Of a DNA stretch of 64,000 nucleotides, positions 38,145 to 47,640 are shown piece after piece. The translations under genes were made by a program, and so were the position numbers. The stretch spans positions 320,001 to 384,000 of the forward strand of contig CAVYNY010000013.1 in NCBI GenBank assembly GCA_963769935.1, written 5' to 3'. This DNA is from an uncultured delta proteobacterium. Its GTDB lineage: Bacteria > Desulfobacterota > Desulfobacteria > Desulfobacterales > JAFDCJ01. The notes under the pieces were generated by a model, which was given only the letters and a program-made list of their open reading frames with translations, had not been told where the DNA came from and did no database searches. Numbering within the stretch: the first letter of the stretch is position 1; every line of letters starts with the position of its first letter.

Positions 38145-39437
38145 ATGGAGATTAAAATCATGGCATTTGAAACGACATTTACGATGGATACATCCAGTAT
38201 CAAGTTTGGTCCCGGCGTTACACGCGAAATCGGCTGGGACATGGAGGAACAGGGAGCACATCGGGTGATGGTAGTGACCGATCCCCATTTAGCCGGGAGC
38301 GAAGCGGTTGCCGTCACACTGGAAGCACTGCGCAAACATGGAATCGATGCCGTCCTGTTCGATCGGGCGAGTGTGGAACCGACGGATATCTCGTTTAAGG
38401 AGGCCGTTAAATTTGCCGAGGATGGGAAATTCGATGGATTTGTAGCCGTCGGCGGCGGCTCCAGCATGGATACCGCCAAAGCCGCCAATCTTTATTCAAC
38501 CCACCCGGCCGATTTTATGACGTACGTGAATCCGCCTGTTGGCAAGGGCGTACCGGTGCCCGGGCCGCTGAAGCCGCTGATAGCGATTCCGACAACAGCC
38601 GGCACCGGCAGTGAAACGACCGGGGTGGCCATTTTTGATCTGGTCGAGATGAAGGCCAAAACGGGCATTGCGCACCGCGCGCTGCGTCCGGTCAAAGGGG
38701 TTATTGATCCCGACAATACCCGCTCCCTGCCCAAGATGGTCGCAGCCAGCACGGGTTTGGATCAGTTAGCCCACGCCCTTGAAGCATTGACGGCTTTGCC
38801 GTTTAACCAGCGGCCCGCCCCCGAACATCCTAAATTAAGACCCGCCTATCAAGGTGCCAATCCGATCAGCAACATCTGGGCTTCCCAGGCAATTAAAATG
38901 ATTTCCAAGAATCTCGTCAGGGTCATTGAAGATCCGTCAAATGACGAAGCCCGCGGTGAAGTTATGCTGGCGGCCACCTATGCCGGAATCGGCTTCGGCA
39001 ATGGCGGCGTCCATCTGGCCCATGGTATGTCATACCCGGTGTCCGGCATGGTTCGCGACTACGTTCCTGAAGGCTACCCTCCCGGAGTCCCTCTCGTTCC
39101 ACACGGAATGGCGGTGGTGCTCAACGCACCGGCAGTTTTCAGATTTACGGCCCCCGTGAATCCGGAGCTGCACCTGTACGCAGCGAAGCTCATGGGCCAA
39201 GACATTTCGGGTGCCAAACTCGAAGATGCCGGTAAAATCCTCTCAAATGCCATTGTGGAGCTGATGCAAAAAGTCGGGATGCCGAACGGATTAAAGGCCG
39301 TGGGTTTTGGCCCGGAGGATGTTGACAAACTCGTCCAGGGTACCCTGCCCCAGCATCGGGTGACCAAATTGTCTCCGCGTCCGGCCAGTGCCGAGGATTT
39401 GAGACAATTGTTTCTGGATTCGATGGTGCTTTGGTAA
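38145..39437 (+). CDS. Hydroxyacid-oxoacid transhydrogenase (ADHFE1/HOT-like Fe-ADH)
   Basis: GGGSSMDTAK, YVNPPVGKG, KAKTGI, RPAYQGANPIS and GVHLAHGMSYPVSG, characteristic of the HOT subfamily. Confidence 0.88.
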   Translation: MEIKIMAFETTFTMDTSSIKFGPGVTREIGWDMEEQGAHRVMVVTDPHLAGSEAVAVTLEALRKHGIDAVLFDRASVEPTDISFKEAVKFAEDGKFDGFVAVGGGSSMDTAKAANLYSTHPADFMTYVNPPVGKGVPVPGPLKPLIAIPTTAGTGSETTGVAIFDLVEMKAKTGIAHRALRPVKGVIDPDNTRSLPKMVAASTGLDQLAHALEALTALPFNQRPAPEHPKLRPAYQGANPISNIWASQAIKMISKNLVRVIEDPSNDEARGEVMLAATYAGIGFGNGGVHLAHGMSYPVSGMVRDYVPEGYPPGVPLVPHGMAVVLNAPAVFRFTAPVNPELHLYAAKLMGQDISGAKLEDAGKILSNAIVELMQKVGMPNGLKAVGFGPEDVDKLVQGTLPQHRVTKLSPRPASAEDLRQLFLDSMVLW

Positions 39438-39439
39438 AA

Positions 39440-39739
39440 TCAGAGAACACTTTTATCCAGTAGATAGTAGCGGCGGTCATCCGTAACGGCGACGATTTTT
39501 TCGGCCACCAGGCTTTTGAGCGCTACTGTTCGATGGTCCCTCAATCCTATTCTTAAAAAGGGCCGTTTGGCATACGGCAGGACGACGGCCGATTCGGGAT
39601 TAAACGCTTGCCGGCTTTTGAGATCTACAATTATGCTCAGGTAAGCCTTTTTTGTCTTCCAGCCATGAAATTGCCGGCTCAAAATAAGCGCGGCCCCCAG
39701 TAGAAGAATGCTTATGATCACTTGAAATGATTCAGGCAT
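39440..39739 (-). CDS. Small membrane-anchored hypothetical protein
   Basis: 99-aa ORF with an N-terminal TM helix. Confidence 0.6.
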   Translation of the reverse strand: MPESFQVIISILLLGAALILSRQFHGWKTKKAYLSIIVDLKSRQAFNPESAVVLPYAKRPFLRIGLRDHRTVALKSLVAEKIVAVTDDRRYYLLDKSVL

Positions 39740-39914
39740 GACACCTTGTTACCTTCCGGATAGGGCATTATGGTATTGTAACTCTTAGTAAACACAGAAT
39801 GCACCATAACATGTTCGGCCCCGCCGGTAAAGCCTTTGAGACTTAAGCGCGGCGGCTTAATTGCTGTATGCTGCGCCTGTATTTTCTTTCTTTATTGCAT
39901 CCGCTGAAAAAATT

Positions 39915-40781
39915 CTATCTCACGGGAATCTCGCCCTCCTCGGTAATTACATGATCGATCAGGTCAAAGTCCACTATGTCGTGGGAAAAGGTTGTTTGCG
40001 TGTAAATCAGATTTTCTTTGGATTGCTGTTGGTCTTCCTTATGTATTTTCTGTCCGGCGACGCTCTGGTGAGCGAATTTAAGGGAGTTTATCAGCAGGTA
40101 AACCGGAATTCCGTTCAGATGGCACAGCCCGGCAATGTTGGCCGAACCGATCGTCGTGATCACCTTTCGATCCGGTGTAACGGAGGTGGCGCCCAATAAA
40201 ACCTTTTTGGCTGTGCTCATAAAGTGACTCAGGTTGTATTCCGGGATGACCAAATGATCGATACCGCTGGCGTCAAGATCCCGGATGAGCTGCTTGATCC
40301 GGACAAAGTGCTGTTCCAGGACGATCACTTGAAATTGCCGCTGAAGATCAGAATGCGCCGACATCAGAGCGTTGCGAACCGGCAGGCTGGGCGAATGGGC
40401 GATGATGACGTCGCCGTCCTCGATCAAGCGTCGGCCGTGCTCGACAAGGCGATCAATCGCAGAATTAAATAGAGCCAGTTTTTGATCAAGAATCGCCAGT
40501 GCGCAAGCTTTGGCTTCGTTTAAAGATTTCCCGAAGTGCGGCCGCATTTCCGCTTCGAACGCTTCAATCAAGTGAACCAGCGGGATGATTTTAGGCTGCG
40601 TGTTTTTTATGACCTCATCCAGTTCCAGGACCAGATTTTCAAAAGCGTGCGGCGGGCATCTCAGTCTTTGAATCGAATCACGAATAGATTGTAAGGCTAC
40701 GATGGTGGTACGGGAGGTTCCCATGACCACTTCGTGGTCTCGAAAAAGTTGGTAAAGACTCTCCAGTTCAATCGGTTTCAT
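39915..40781 (-). CDS. eIF2B alpha/beta/delta (R15P/MTR-1-P isomerase fold) protein, apparently non-catalytic
   Basis: LIEDGDVIIAHSPS, KKVLLGA, IGS..IA, LKF and DLIDHVITEEG; ATG 40781 overlaps the permease stop. Confidence 0.8.
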   Translation of the reverse strand: MKPIELESLYQLFRDHEVVMGTSRTTIVALQSIRDSIQRLRCPPHAFENLVLELDEVIKNTQPKIIPLVHLIEAFEAEMRPHFGKSLNEAKACALAILDQKLALFNSAIDRLVEHGRRLIEDGDVIIAHSPSLPVRNALMSAHSDLQRQFQVIVLEQHFVRIKQLIRDLDASGIDHLVIPEYNLSHFMSTAKKVLLGATSVTPDRKVITTIGSANIAGLCHLNGIPVYLLINSLKFAHQSVAGQKIHKEDQQQSKENLIYTQTTFSHDIVDFDLIDHVITEEGEIPVR

Positions 40782-42082
40782 GACAACACCCGCAAATATA
40801 AAACCAGCAACACGGAGGCAACCGCCAACGACAACACCGTTGCCATCAGGCTGGTTTTGAAAAATTCCCGAAAACTGATGTCGTATCCATATTTTCGCGC
40901 TATGCCGCCGGAAACGATATTGGCCGACGCCCCGATCAAAGTCAGGTTGCCGCCGAAACATGCTCCCAGCGAAAGGGCCCACCAGAGAATATTGTTGGGT
41001 ATCGGCTGGGATTCCAGCATCATACGAACAATCGGGATCATGGTGATGGTGAACGGTATGTTGTCGATAAAACCCGACACAATTCCGGACACCCACAAAA
41101 CCAACAACACCATTACATAAGGATTATCGCCCGCCCTTAAAAAAATATTGCGGGCCATCCACTCGATCACCCCTTCTCTTTCCAGGATACCGACCAGGAT
41201 GAACAGAGCCGAGAAAAACAGCAGGGTGCTCCACTCGATTTCCAGCAGTATTTCATCCACATTAATGCGCGTGACAACAAATAAGAGCATTGCAACGCTG
41301 AGCGCCACCACACCGGGCGTAATTTTTGTAATGGTCTGGGTGACGAACAGCAAAATGGCCAACCCCAGGCAGGCAAGGCTTTTGGCGAGAAACAGCCTAT
41401 CGATGGTAATGTTGAGGAAGTCGAATTCGATTTTTTCGATCAGCAGTTGAACTGAAAAAAGCTTGGCGAGATTCGTTTCGATCGGGCGGAATTGATCCGC
41501 ATTCCTTATCCAGCAGTAAAGAATCACCACCACAAAAGAAAGGACCACGGGCGGCGTCAAATACAAGGCAAACTGGTTGAATGTCAGGCCGACTTTGGAA
41601 CCGATAATGATGTTCGGCGGGTCGCCGATAAGAGTGGCCGTTCCCCCCAGATTGGAGACCATTGCCTGAACAATGACATAGATCTTAGGGTCGAGGCCCA
41701 TACCGCGGGTGAGTTCGATAACCATGGGCACCATGATCAGCACGGTCGTTACATTGTCGAGAAAGGCCGAGATCGTGGCAGTAACAATTGAAAACAGCAC
41801 CAGTATCCTGAGAGGGCTGCCGCCGGTCAACTTGGCGATGCGCACGCTCAGGATGGCAAAAAACCCCGACTTGCGTAAAACAGCCACGATCACCATCATT
41901 CCCGTCAGCAGCATGATGGTTTCAAAGTCAATGTAGCCGGCCGCCGTGCGCACATCGACCACTCGCACCATGAGCAGGACCATCACCCCGAGTAATGCCG
42001 CCACCGCCTTGTTCAGCACTTCGGTGGCAACCAGACCATAAACGGCAACGAACACCAGGATTGATATCAGTTTACTTTCCAT
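40778..42082 (-). CDS. ArsB/NhaD/P-protein family (IT superfamily) permease
   Basis: SAFLDNVTT, NLGGTATLIGDPPN, DNIPF and GGNLTLIGASAN motifs. Confidence 0.92.
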   Translation of the reverse strand: MESKLISILVFVAVYGLVATEVLNKAVAALLGVMVLLMVRVVDVRTAAGYIDFETIMLLTGMMVIVAVLRKSGFFAILSVRIAKLTGGSPLRILVLFSIVTATISAFLDNVTTVLIMVPMVIELTRGMGLDPKIYVIVQAMVSNLGGTATLIGDPPNIIIGSKVGLTFNQFALYLTPPVVLSFVVVILYCWIRNADQFRPIETNLAKLFSVQLLIEKIEFDFLNITIDRLFLAKSLACLGLAILLFVTQTITKITPGVVALSVAMLLFVVTRINVDEILLEIEWSTLLFFSALFILVGILEREGVIEWMARNIFLRAGDNPYVMVLLVLWVSGIVSGFIDNIPFTITMIPIVRMMLESQPIPNNILWWALSLGACFGGNLTLIGASANIVSGGIARKYGYDISFREFFKTSLMATVLSLAVASVLLVLYLRVLS

Positions 42083-42147
42083 TGGCAGGATTCTCTCACG
42101 ATGATTGCCGAGATGCAGCAAACAGTGTTCTGTTTGAACTATTCATT

Positions 42148-42183
42148 AAAAATGGTGCAGCCTTTTGTTGAAGACTGCGCCAT
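42148..42183 (-). terminator. Terminator-like hairpin about 65 nt upstream of the permease start
   Basis: ATGGCGCAGTCTT-CAACAA-AAGGCTGCACCAT followed by TTTT on the minus strand. Confidence 0.5.
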
Positions 42184-42593
42184 ATGGTTACAGATTCAGC
42201 CGCCCGTCGATTAAGAATAAACATTAGCGGGACTCTTTCAATAGGCCATAAGAGCAACATGAATGCCAAATCGTCTAATCACCAATGGTAAAAACATCTA
42301 CCTGTAAATAATAGACTATTCTATACGATCCGGATAAAGTTTCTGCGTGGTTGGAGGGCAATAGTGTCGGTGATTTTTTCAAGTTGGAAAAGGTTCTGAA
42401 AGCAGGGGCAAGTTTGAGACAAGATGGTACCGCCGGATGTGGTGCCAGCGGATAAACAACAAGATGGATCGCGACGGACATTCAAAATAATATCTACGTA
42501 ACATCCCTGAACTGCTTTGAATTCCGATATCACCGGCACCTGTTTTGGAAAAGCAGGGCAAGTGGCATTAATCTCAGGAGGAAGTATCTGGCA

Positions 42594-42609
42594 TGGCACG
42601 CCTCTTGCT
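42594..42609 (+). promoter_or_regulatory. sigma54 promoter of the usp gene
   Basis: TGGCACG-CCTC-TTGCT, a consensus -24/-12 element about 40 nt before ATG 42650. Confidence 0.8.
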
Positions 42610-42649
42610 CTCCTATTGTAGGCAGAAACTCTGAGAAAGGAGGGCCAAG

Positions 42650-43088
42650 ATGTTTGAAAAAATTCTATACCCCACTGATTTTTCGGATGTGGCGCGGAAA
42701 AGCGTTGGCCTATATCAAAAGACTTAAAGACAGCGGCGCCAGAGAGGTGGTTGTTCTGCATGTGATGGATGAACGCGGCATCGAATCCGTGCGCCGATAT
42801 TTTGGACCCAATGAGTTTGAGAAGCTGAAAAAAAACAAAAAAGTTGAAACTGAAAAACTGCTGCAGGATATAGCAAAAGAATTAACCGAAGCAGGTTTGA
42901 AAGTAAAGCTGCGGGTCGAAACCGGGATTCCCGTCCGAGAGATCCTGAGGGTTGAGGCTGAAGAGGGCGTTTCGGCTGTGGTCATCGGCTCTCACGGGAT
43001 GAGCAACCTTCAGGAAATTTTCCTCGGTTCTGTTTCGGAGAAAGTTATCCGAAAAAGCAAAATGCCGGTTTTTGTCGTAAAAAGGTAA
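42650..43088 (+). CDS. Universal stress protein with a +1 frameshift near 42700
   Basis: ATG 42650 reads MFEKILYPTDFSDVARK; removing one A from AAAA joins it to ALAYIK...GSHGMS...LGSVSEKV. Confidence 0.85.
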
Positions 43089-43310
43089 TTTTTGGGAAAT
43101 CGGCCACACTTGGATTTACTATCACGCCCACTTTCAGGCTTCGCTCTTCGAGCTACGACCCGACAAGCCGTTAGAGCTCGCAGAGACCGCGGTCCGCCGG
43201 AGGCGGATTTCTTTCGCCGCAGGCGGCTGTAATCCCAGACCTCTGTGACCTCTGAGCGCTCTGTGTGAGATGTTGTTTTATATAAGATATCAGCCGGCGG
43301 CCGAAGATAT

Positions 43311-44953
43311 CTATTCGGACTTGGCTTTGCGCTGCAGCTCCAGCTTCTTTAACTCCCGGCGCATAATTTTGCCGGTGGCGGTCATGGGCAGTTCCTTGAC
43401 GAATTCGACTTCGCCGGGGGTATTCATGGGCGGCCAGCCGCGTCTTGACGAAGTTCTTGATATCTTCGGCCACATCCGGACCCGGCGTCACTTCCGCTTT
43501 GGGCACGATAAAGGCTTTGACAATTTCGGTGCGCACTGCGTCCGGGCTGCCGATCACCGCCACCATGGCCACGGCCGGATGTTTCATGAGGCAGTCTTCG
43601 ATTTCAGCCGGTCCGATGCGGTAGCCGGCACTGGTGATGACATCATCCTGGCGGCCGTTGAACCAGAAATAGCCGTCGCCGTCTTTTTTGGCCAGATCTC
43701 CGGTCAACAGCCAATCCCCGACAAATTTTTTGCGGGTGGCATCCGGGTTGTTCCAGTATTCCAGAAACATCACCGGATCGGGTCGCTTGACTGCAATTTC
43801 CCCGACGGTTCCCTGCGACACGGGGTTGCCCGCTTCATCAACGACATCAACCACATGGCCCGGGATGGCGCATCCCATGGACCCGGGCCTGGATTTCCAT
43901 GATTTCGGCACAGCAGCCCACGATGAGATTGCACTCGGTTTGGCCGTAGAATTCATTGATCGTCAGTCCCATCACTTCCCTGCCCCAGTCGAGCAGCTCT
44001 TCACCCAGGGTTTCACCACCGCTGCCGATACTGCGCATGGCGTAACTGTGGCGGTTTTGCGGATCTTTGACCTGGCGCATCAGCTTCAAGGCCGTCGGCG
44101 GCATAAAGGCGTTGCGAATGCCGTAGCGGGCGATCAGATGAAAGGCTTTTTCGGCGTCGAATTTCTTGGCCCGATAGGCCAGCACCGGAATGCCGTGATG
44201 CCAGCTGGGAAAAAGCACATCGATGAGTCCGCCGATCCAGGCCCAGTCCGCCGGGGTCCAGAAAAAATCGTCCTCGCGGGGAAAAAAATTATGAGGGAAC
44301 TCCACGCCCGGCAAATGCCCCAAAAGCGTGCGATGGGCATGCAGGGCGCCCTTGGGTGGTCCGGTGGTACCGGAGGTGTAAATAATAAGGGCCGGATCAT
44401 CGGCCTTCGTTTTTACCGGCGCGAAATCCGGCGACCCTTTCGCAAGCGTCTCCCGGAAATCCAGCACCTTCGCATGTCTTTCGCCGCCGGTCACCAGGAC
44501 GGTTTGAAGGTGCGGCAAATTCGGCCAGATTTCAAGGATCTTCGGCAAATTGGCCCCATCCGTAACAATGGCTCTGGCCTGGCTGTTTGTAAGGCGGTAC
44601 GCGAGGGCATCGGTGCCGAAAAGGGTAAACAGTGGAATGGAGATGGCACCGATTTTATAGGCGGCAATGTGGCTGAGGGCGGTTTCAGGGCCTTGCGGCA
44701 ACAGAATGCCGATCCGGTCGCCGATATCAAGACCGCAGGCTTTGAAGCCATTGGCCAGCCGGTTGGAAAGTCGTTTGAGTTCCCAGAACGTGTATTTTTC
44801 GACCAGTCCGTTTTCATCCTCGTAAATCAGGGCCAGGCGGTAGCGCTGCCCGGCCCATTTATCGCAGATATCCGCCCCGATATTGTAAAAGTCGGGAATC
44901 TCCCAGCGAAATGAATCGTACACCTCGGTGTAGTTTCGGCCGAATTTTAACAT
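43311..44953 (-). CDS. Acyl-CoA synthetase (acetate/short-chain CoA ligase-like) with two +1 frameshifts
   Basis: YTSGTTGPPKG, FYGQTE, TGD and GYRIGPAEIE motifs; shifts near 43893 and 43415 restore EIRPGSMG and YPREVEFVKELPMTATGKI. Confidence 0.88.
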
Positions 44954-45012
44954 AATCTTTCTCCTAATTAATCCGCCCTGTAAAACAGCTTATCCCGGGT
45001 TGCAGATTGTTT

Positions 45013-45966
45013 TTAACTGTCGTAGAGGATCTTAAGCATCTTGATAAGCTTTTCGTCCCGCCAGCGGCTCAGTTCCGCCGGTGATCGATCGCCTATTTCC
45101 TTCTTCAGGCCTTCCGTCAGCACTTCTTTGGTCTGAGGCGGCAGGGTGGTCCAGGAGGCCAGGCTTTCAAATACGGTTTTGACAGCCGGGCCGAAGTGAT
45201 CGATAAAGTGGTCCATCCCGCCTCGGCCCCCTCCCAGATGATAAATCAGGTGCGGGCCCATAATCGCCCAGCGCAGTCCCGGACCGGCGCACACGGCTTT
45301 GTCGACGTCTTCGACGCTGGCAATGCCCTGGACGACAAGGTCGACCGCTTCGCGCCACAATGCCTGTGCCAGCCGGTTGGCGATGTGGCCGGGGACCGCC
45401 TTTTTCAAAACGACCGGCACCTTGCCCAACGCCTCGTAAAAGCGTTTCATTGCGGAAATGCTGTCGTCATCCGTTGCTTCGCCAGGTACCAGCTCAACCA
45501 GCGGAATCAGGTGCGGCGGATTGAAGGGGTGGGCAACGAGACAGCGGCCGGGATGACGGGTGACTTTCTGGATCTCGGTCATGAGCAAGCCGGATGAGCT
45601 GCTCGCCAGAATCACATCGGGTCCGGTTTCAGCATCCAGCTCCCGAAACACCTGCTGTTTGACCTCATAATTTTCAGCCACACATTCCTGAACCAGCTGG
45701 ACGTCCGCCACGGCTTGCGCAAGCCCCTCGGTGGCAACTATCCTCGATTTGGACCCTTCGACCATCTCCGGGGCCAGGATCGCCAGTGCCCGGAGCTGCT
45801 CGATGATATCGCCGGCCTGCTGATGCCCCTGGCGACAAGTTTGGACATCGACATCATACATCTTTACCGGAAAGCCTTTGGCAGCATAGAAGGCCGCCCA
45901 GCTCGACCCGATCACCCCCGTCCCAATGATTGCTATGGCTTCGATTTTCATCTCTGATGGCTCCAC
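45013..45966 (-). CDS. 3-hydroxyacyl-CoA dehydrogenase family (lambda-crystallin/carnitine dehydrogenase-like)
   Basis: GTGVIG, ASSSSG, HPFNPPHLIPLVE, IANRL and GPGLRWA motifs. Confidence 0.88.
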   Translation of the reverse strand: MEPSEMKIEAIAIIGTGVIGSSWAAFYAAKGFPVKMYDVDVQTCRQGHQQAGDIIEQLRALAILAPEMVEGSKSRIVATEGLAQAVADVQLVQECVAENYEVKQQVFRELDAETGPDVILASSSSGLLMTEIQKVTRHPGRCLVAHPFNPPHLIPLVELVPGEATDDDSISAMKRFYEALGKVPVVLKKAVPGHIANRLAQALWREAVDLVVQGIASVEDVDKAVCAGPGLRWAIMGPHLIYHLGGGRGGMDHFIDHFGPAVKTVFESLASWTTLPPQTKEVLTEGLKKEIGDRSPAELSRWRDEKLIKMLKILYDS

Positions 45967-46158
45967 AAATTAAACGATCCGTTTCATCTCAATCTATATT
46001 ATTTATTGGCCGCAATTTCATTTTCAGTATTTCATAGCATATCAATAAAATTTTTTACAAGAAATTGACAACATTTTTCTCGACATATCGCCTAGAAGCA
46101 TGTAATGAAATTTGTATCAAATAGTCTACACTCTGTAAGGTCGGTATAGGGGGAAGCC

Positions 46159-47586
46159 ATGCTTGAAACGTCCGATCACTTGAAAAAAAAGGACCTGCTG
46201 AAGCAGCTGGAAATGTACCGGCTGGTTTTTGACAGCATCCACAACGGCGCCATCGTCACGGATGCCGAGGGGTACATCACCCATTTTAACGAACCTTACG
46301 GGGAATTTCTCGGCGTAAACCCTTCGGAGCAGATCGGCAAACATTGCACCAAAGCCGTGGAAAACAGCCGCATGCACCTGGTGGCCAAAACCGGAATCCC
46401 CGAAATAAACCAATCCCACCGGATTATGGGACAGAACATGGTCGTCCAACGCATCCCGATTAAAAAAGACAACCGGGTCATCGCCGTATTCGGACAGGTG
46501 ATGTTTAAAGACGTCAAAGATGTCCGCAAGCTGGCGGCCGAGCTTTCGCTCCTGGAGTCGAAAGTAAAGCTTTACGAAGAGGAGCTGATCAATCTTCGAT
46601 CGACCCGTTATACCTTTCACAGCATTATTGGAAAAAGTGATGCCATCCGGTCACTCAAGCAGGAAGCGCTCAAAGCAGCCTCCAATCACTATTCGGTATT
46701 AATTTCAGGAGAGAGCGGAACCGGCAAGGAGCTATTCGCCCAGGCAATTCATCACGCCAGTGCGCGTAAACTCTACCCGTTTGTACGGATCAACTGTGCG
46801 GCGATTCCAAGAGATCTGCTGGAGTCCGAGCTTTTCGGATACGAAAAGGGCGCATTTACCGGTGCCAGATCCGAGGGCAAACCCGGCAAGTTTGAACTGG
46901 CCCACCAGGGCAGCGTATTTTTGGATGAAGTGGGGGACCTGCCGCTGGAGATGCAGCCCAAATTGCTGCGGGCCATTGAAGACAATGAATTTGAACGGGT
47001 GGGCGGCACTAAAATCATTCGATCAAATTTCCGGGTAATAGCGGCCACCAACCAGAATCTCGAAAAAATGCTGGCCGACGGTCTATTCCGCAAGGATCTC
47101 TTTTATCGTCTTAACGTGATTCCGCTGCACATCCCGCCCCTGCGGGAACGCAAAACCGACATTATTGCCATTGCCGAATACCTGCTCAAACAATTGACAG
47201 TGGAGGCGAATATACCGCAGATAAGACTGGATGAGCAGGCGCAGAAAGCGCTCGAAAATTACGAGTGGCAGGGAAATGTCCGTGAATTGTCCAACGTGCT
47301 TGAAAGGACGATGTCGGTGCTGGAAGGTGATACCATCCGGCTGGAGAATCTCCCGTTTTATCTGCATCGCACCAGCCGGCTTGAAGTGCCGGCCAGCCGT
47401 TCTTCCTTGAAGGATGTGCAGGCCCGGACGGAAAAAGAAGCCATCTGCTTTGCCCTCAAGGAAGCGAATAACAACAAAGCTCAGGCAGCCAAAATTCTCG
47501 GCATTCACCGCACGCTGCTCTATAAAAAAATGAATAAATACCACATCCCCCTTGATCTTCAGGCGCCGAAGATGGGCCTGCTTTAG
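46159..47586 (+). CDS. PAS-domain sigma54-dependent enhancer-binding protein
   Basis: PAS domain, GESGTGKE, GAFTGA, FRKDLFYRL and a Fis-type HTH. Confidence 0.93.
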   Translation: MLETSDHLKKKDLLKQLEMYRLVFDSIHNGAIVTDAEGYITHFNEPYGEFLGVNPSEQIGKHCTKAVENSRMHLVAKTGIPEINQSHRIMGQNMVVQRIPIKKDNRVIAVFGQVMFKDVKDVRKLAAELSLLESKVKLYEEELINLRSTRYTFHSIIGKSDAIRSLKQEALKAASNHYSVLISGESGTGKELFAQAIHHASARKLYPFVRINCAAIPRDLLESELFGYEKGAFTGARSEGKPGKFELAHQGSVFLDEVGDLPLEMQPKLLRAIEDNEFERVGGTKIIRSNFRVIAATNQNLEKMLADGLFRKDLFYRLNVIPLHIPPLRERKTDIIAIAEYLLKQLTVEANIPQIRLDEQAQKALENYEWQGNVRELSNVLERTMSVLEGDTIRLENLPFYLHRTSRLEVPASRSSLKDVQARTEKEAICFALKEANNNKAQAAKILGIHRTLLYKKMNKYHIPLDLQAPKMGLL

Positions 47587-47640
47587 CGGCGGCAACAGCA
47601 TATCGGCTAAATTTTTGTTGAAAACATAAGGAAAGCACCC

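Noticed and set aside
42312..42455. Plus-strand stretch reading ILYDPDKVSAWLEGNSVGDFFKLEKVL
   Set aside because: Protein-like, but it has no start and I cannot assign a family.
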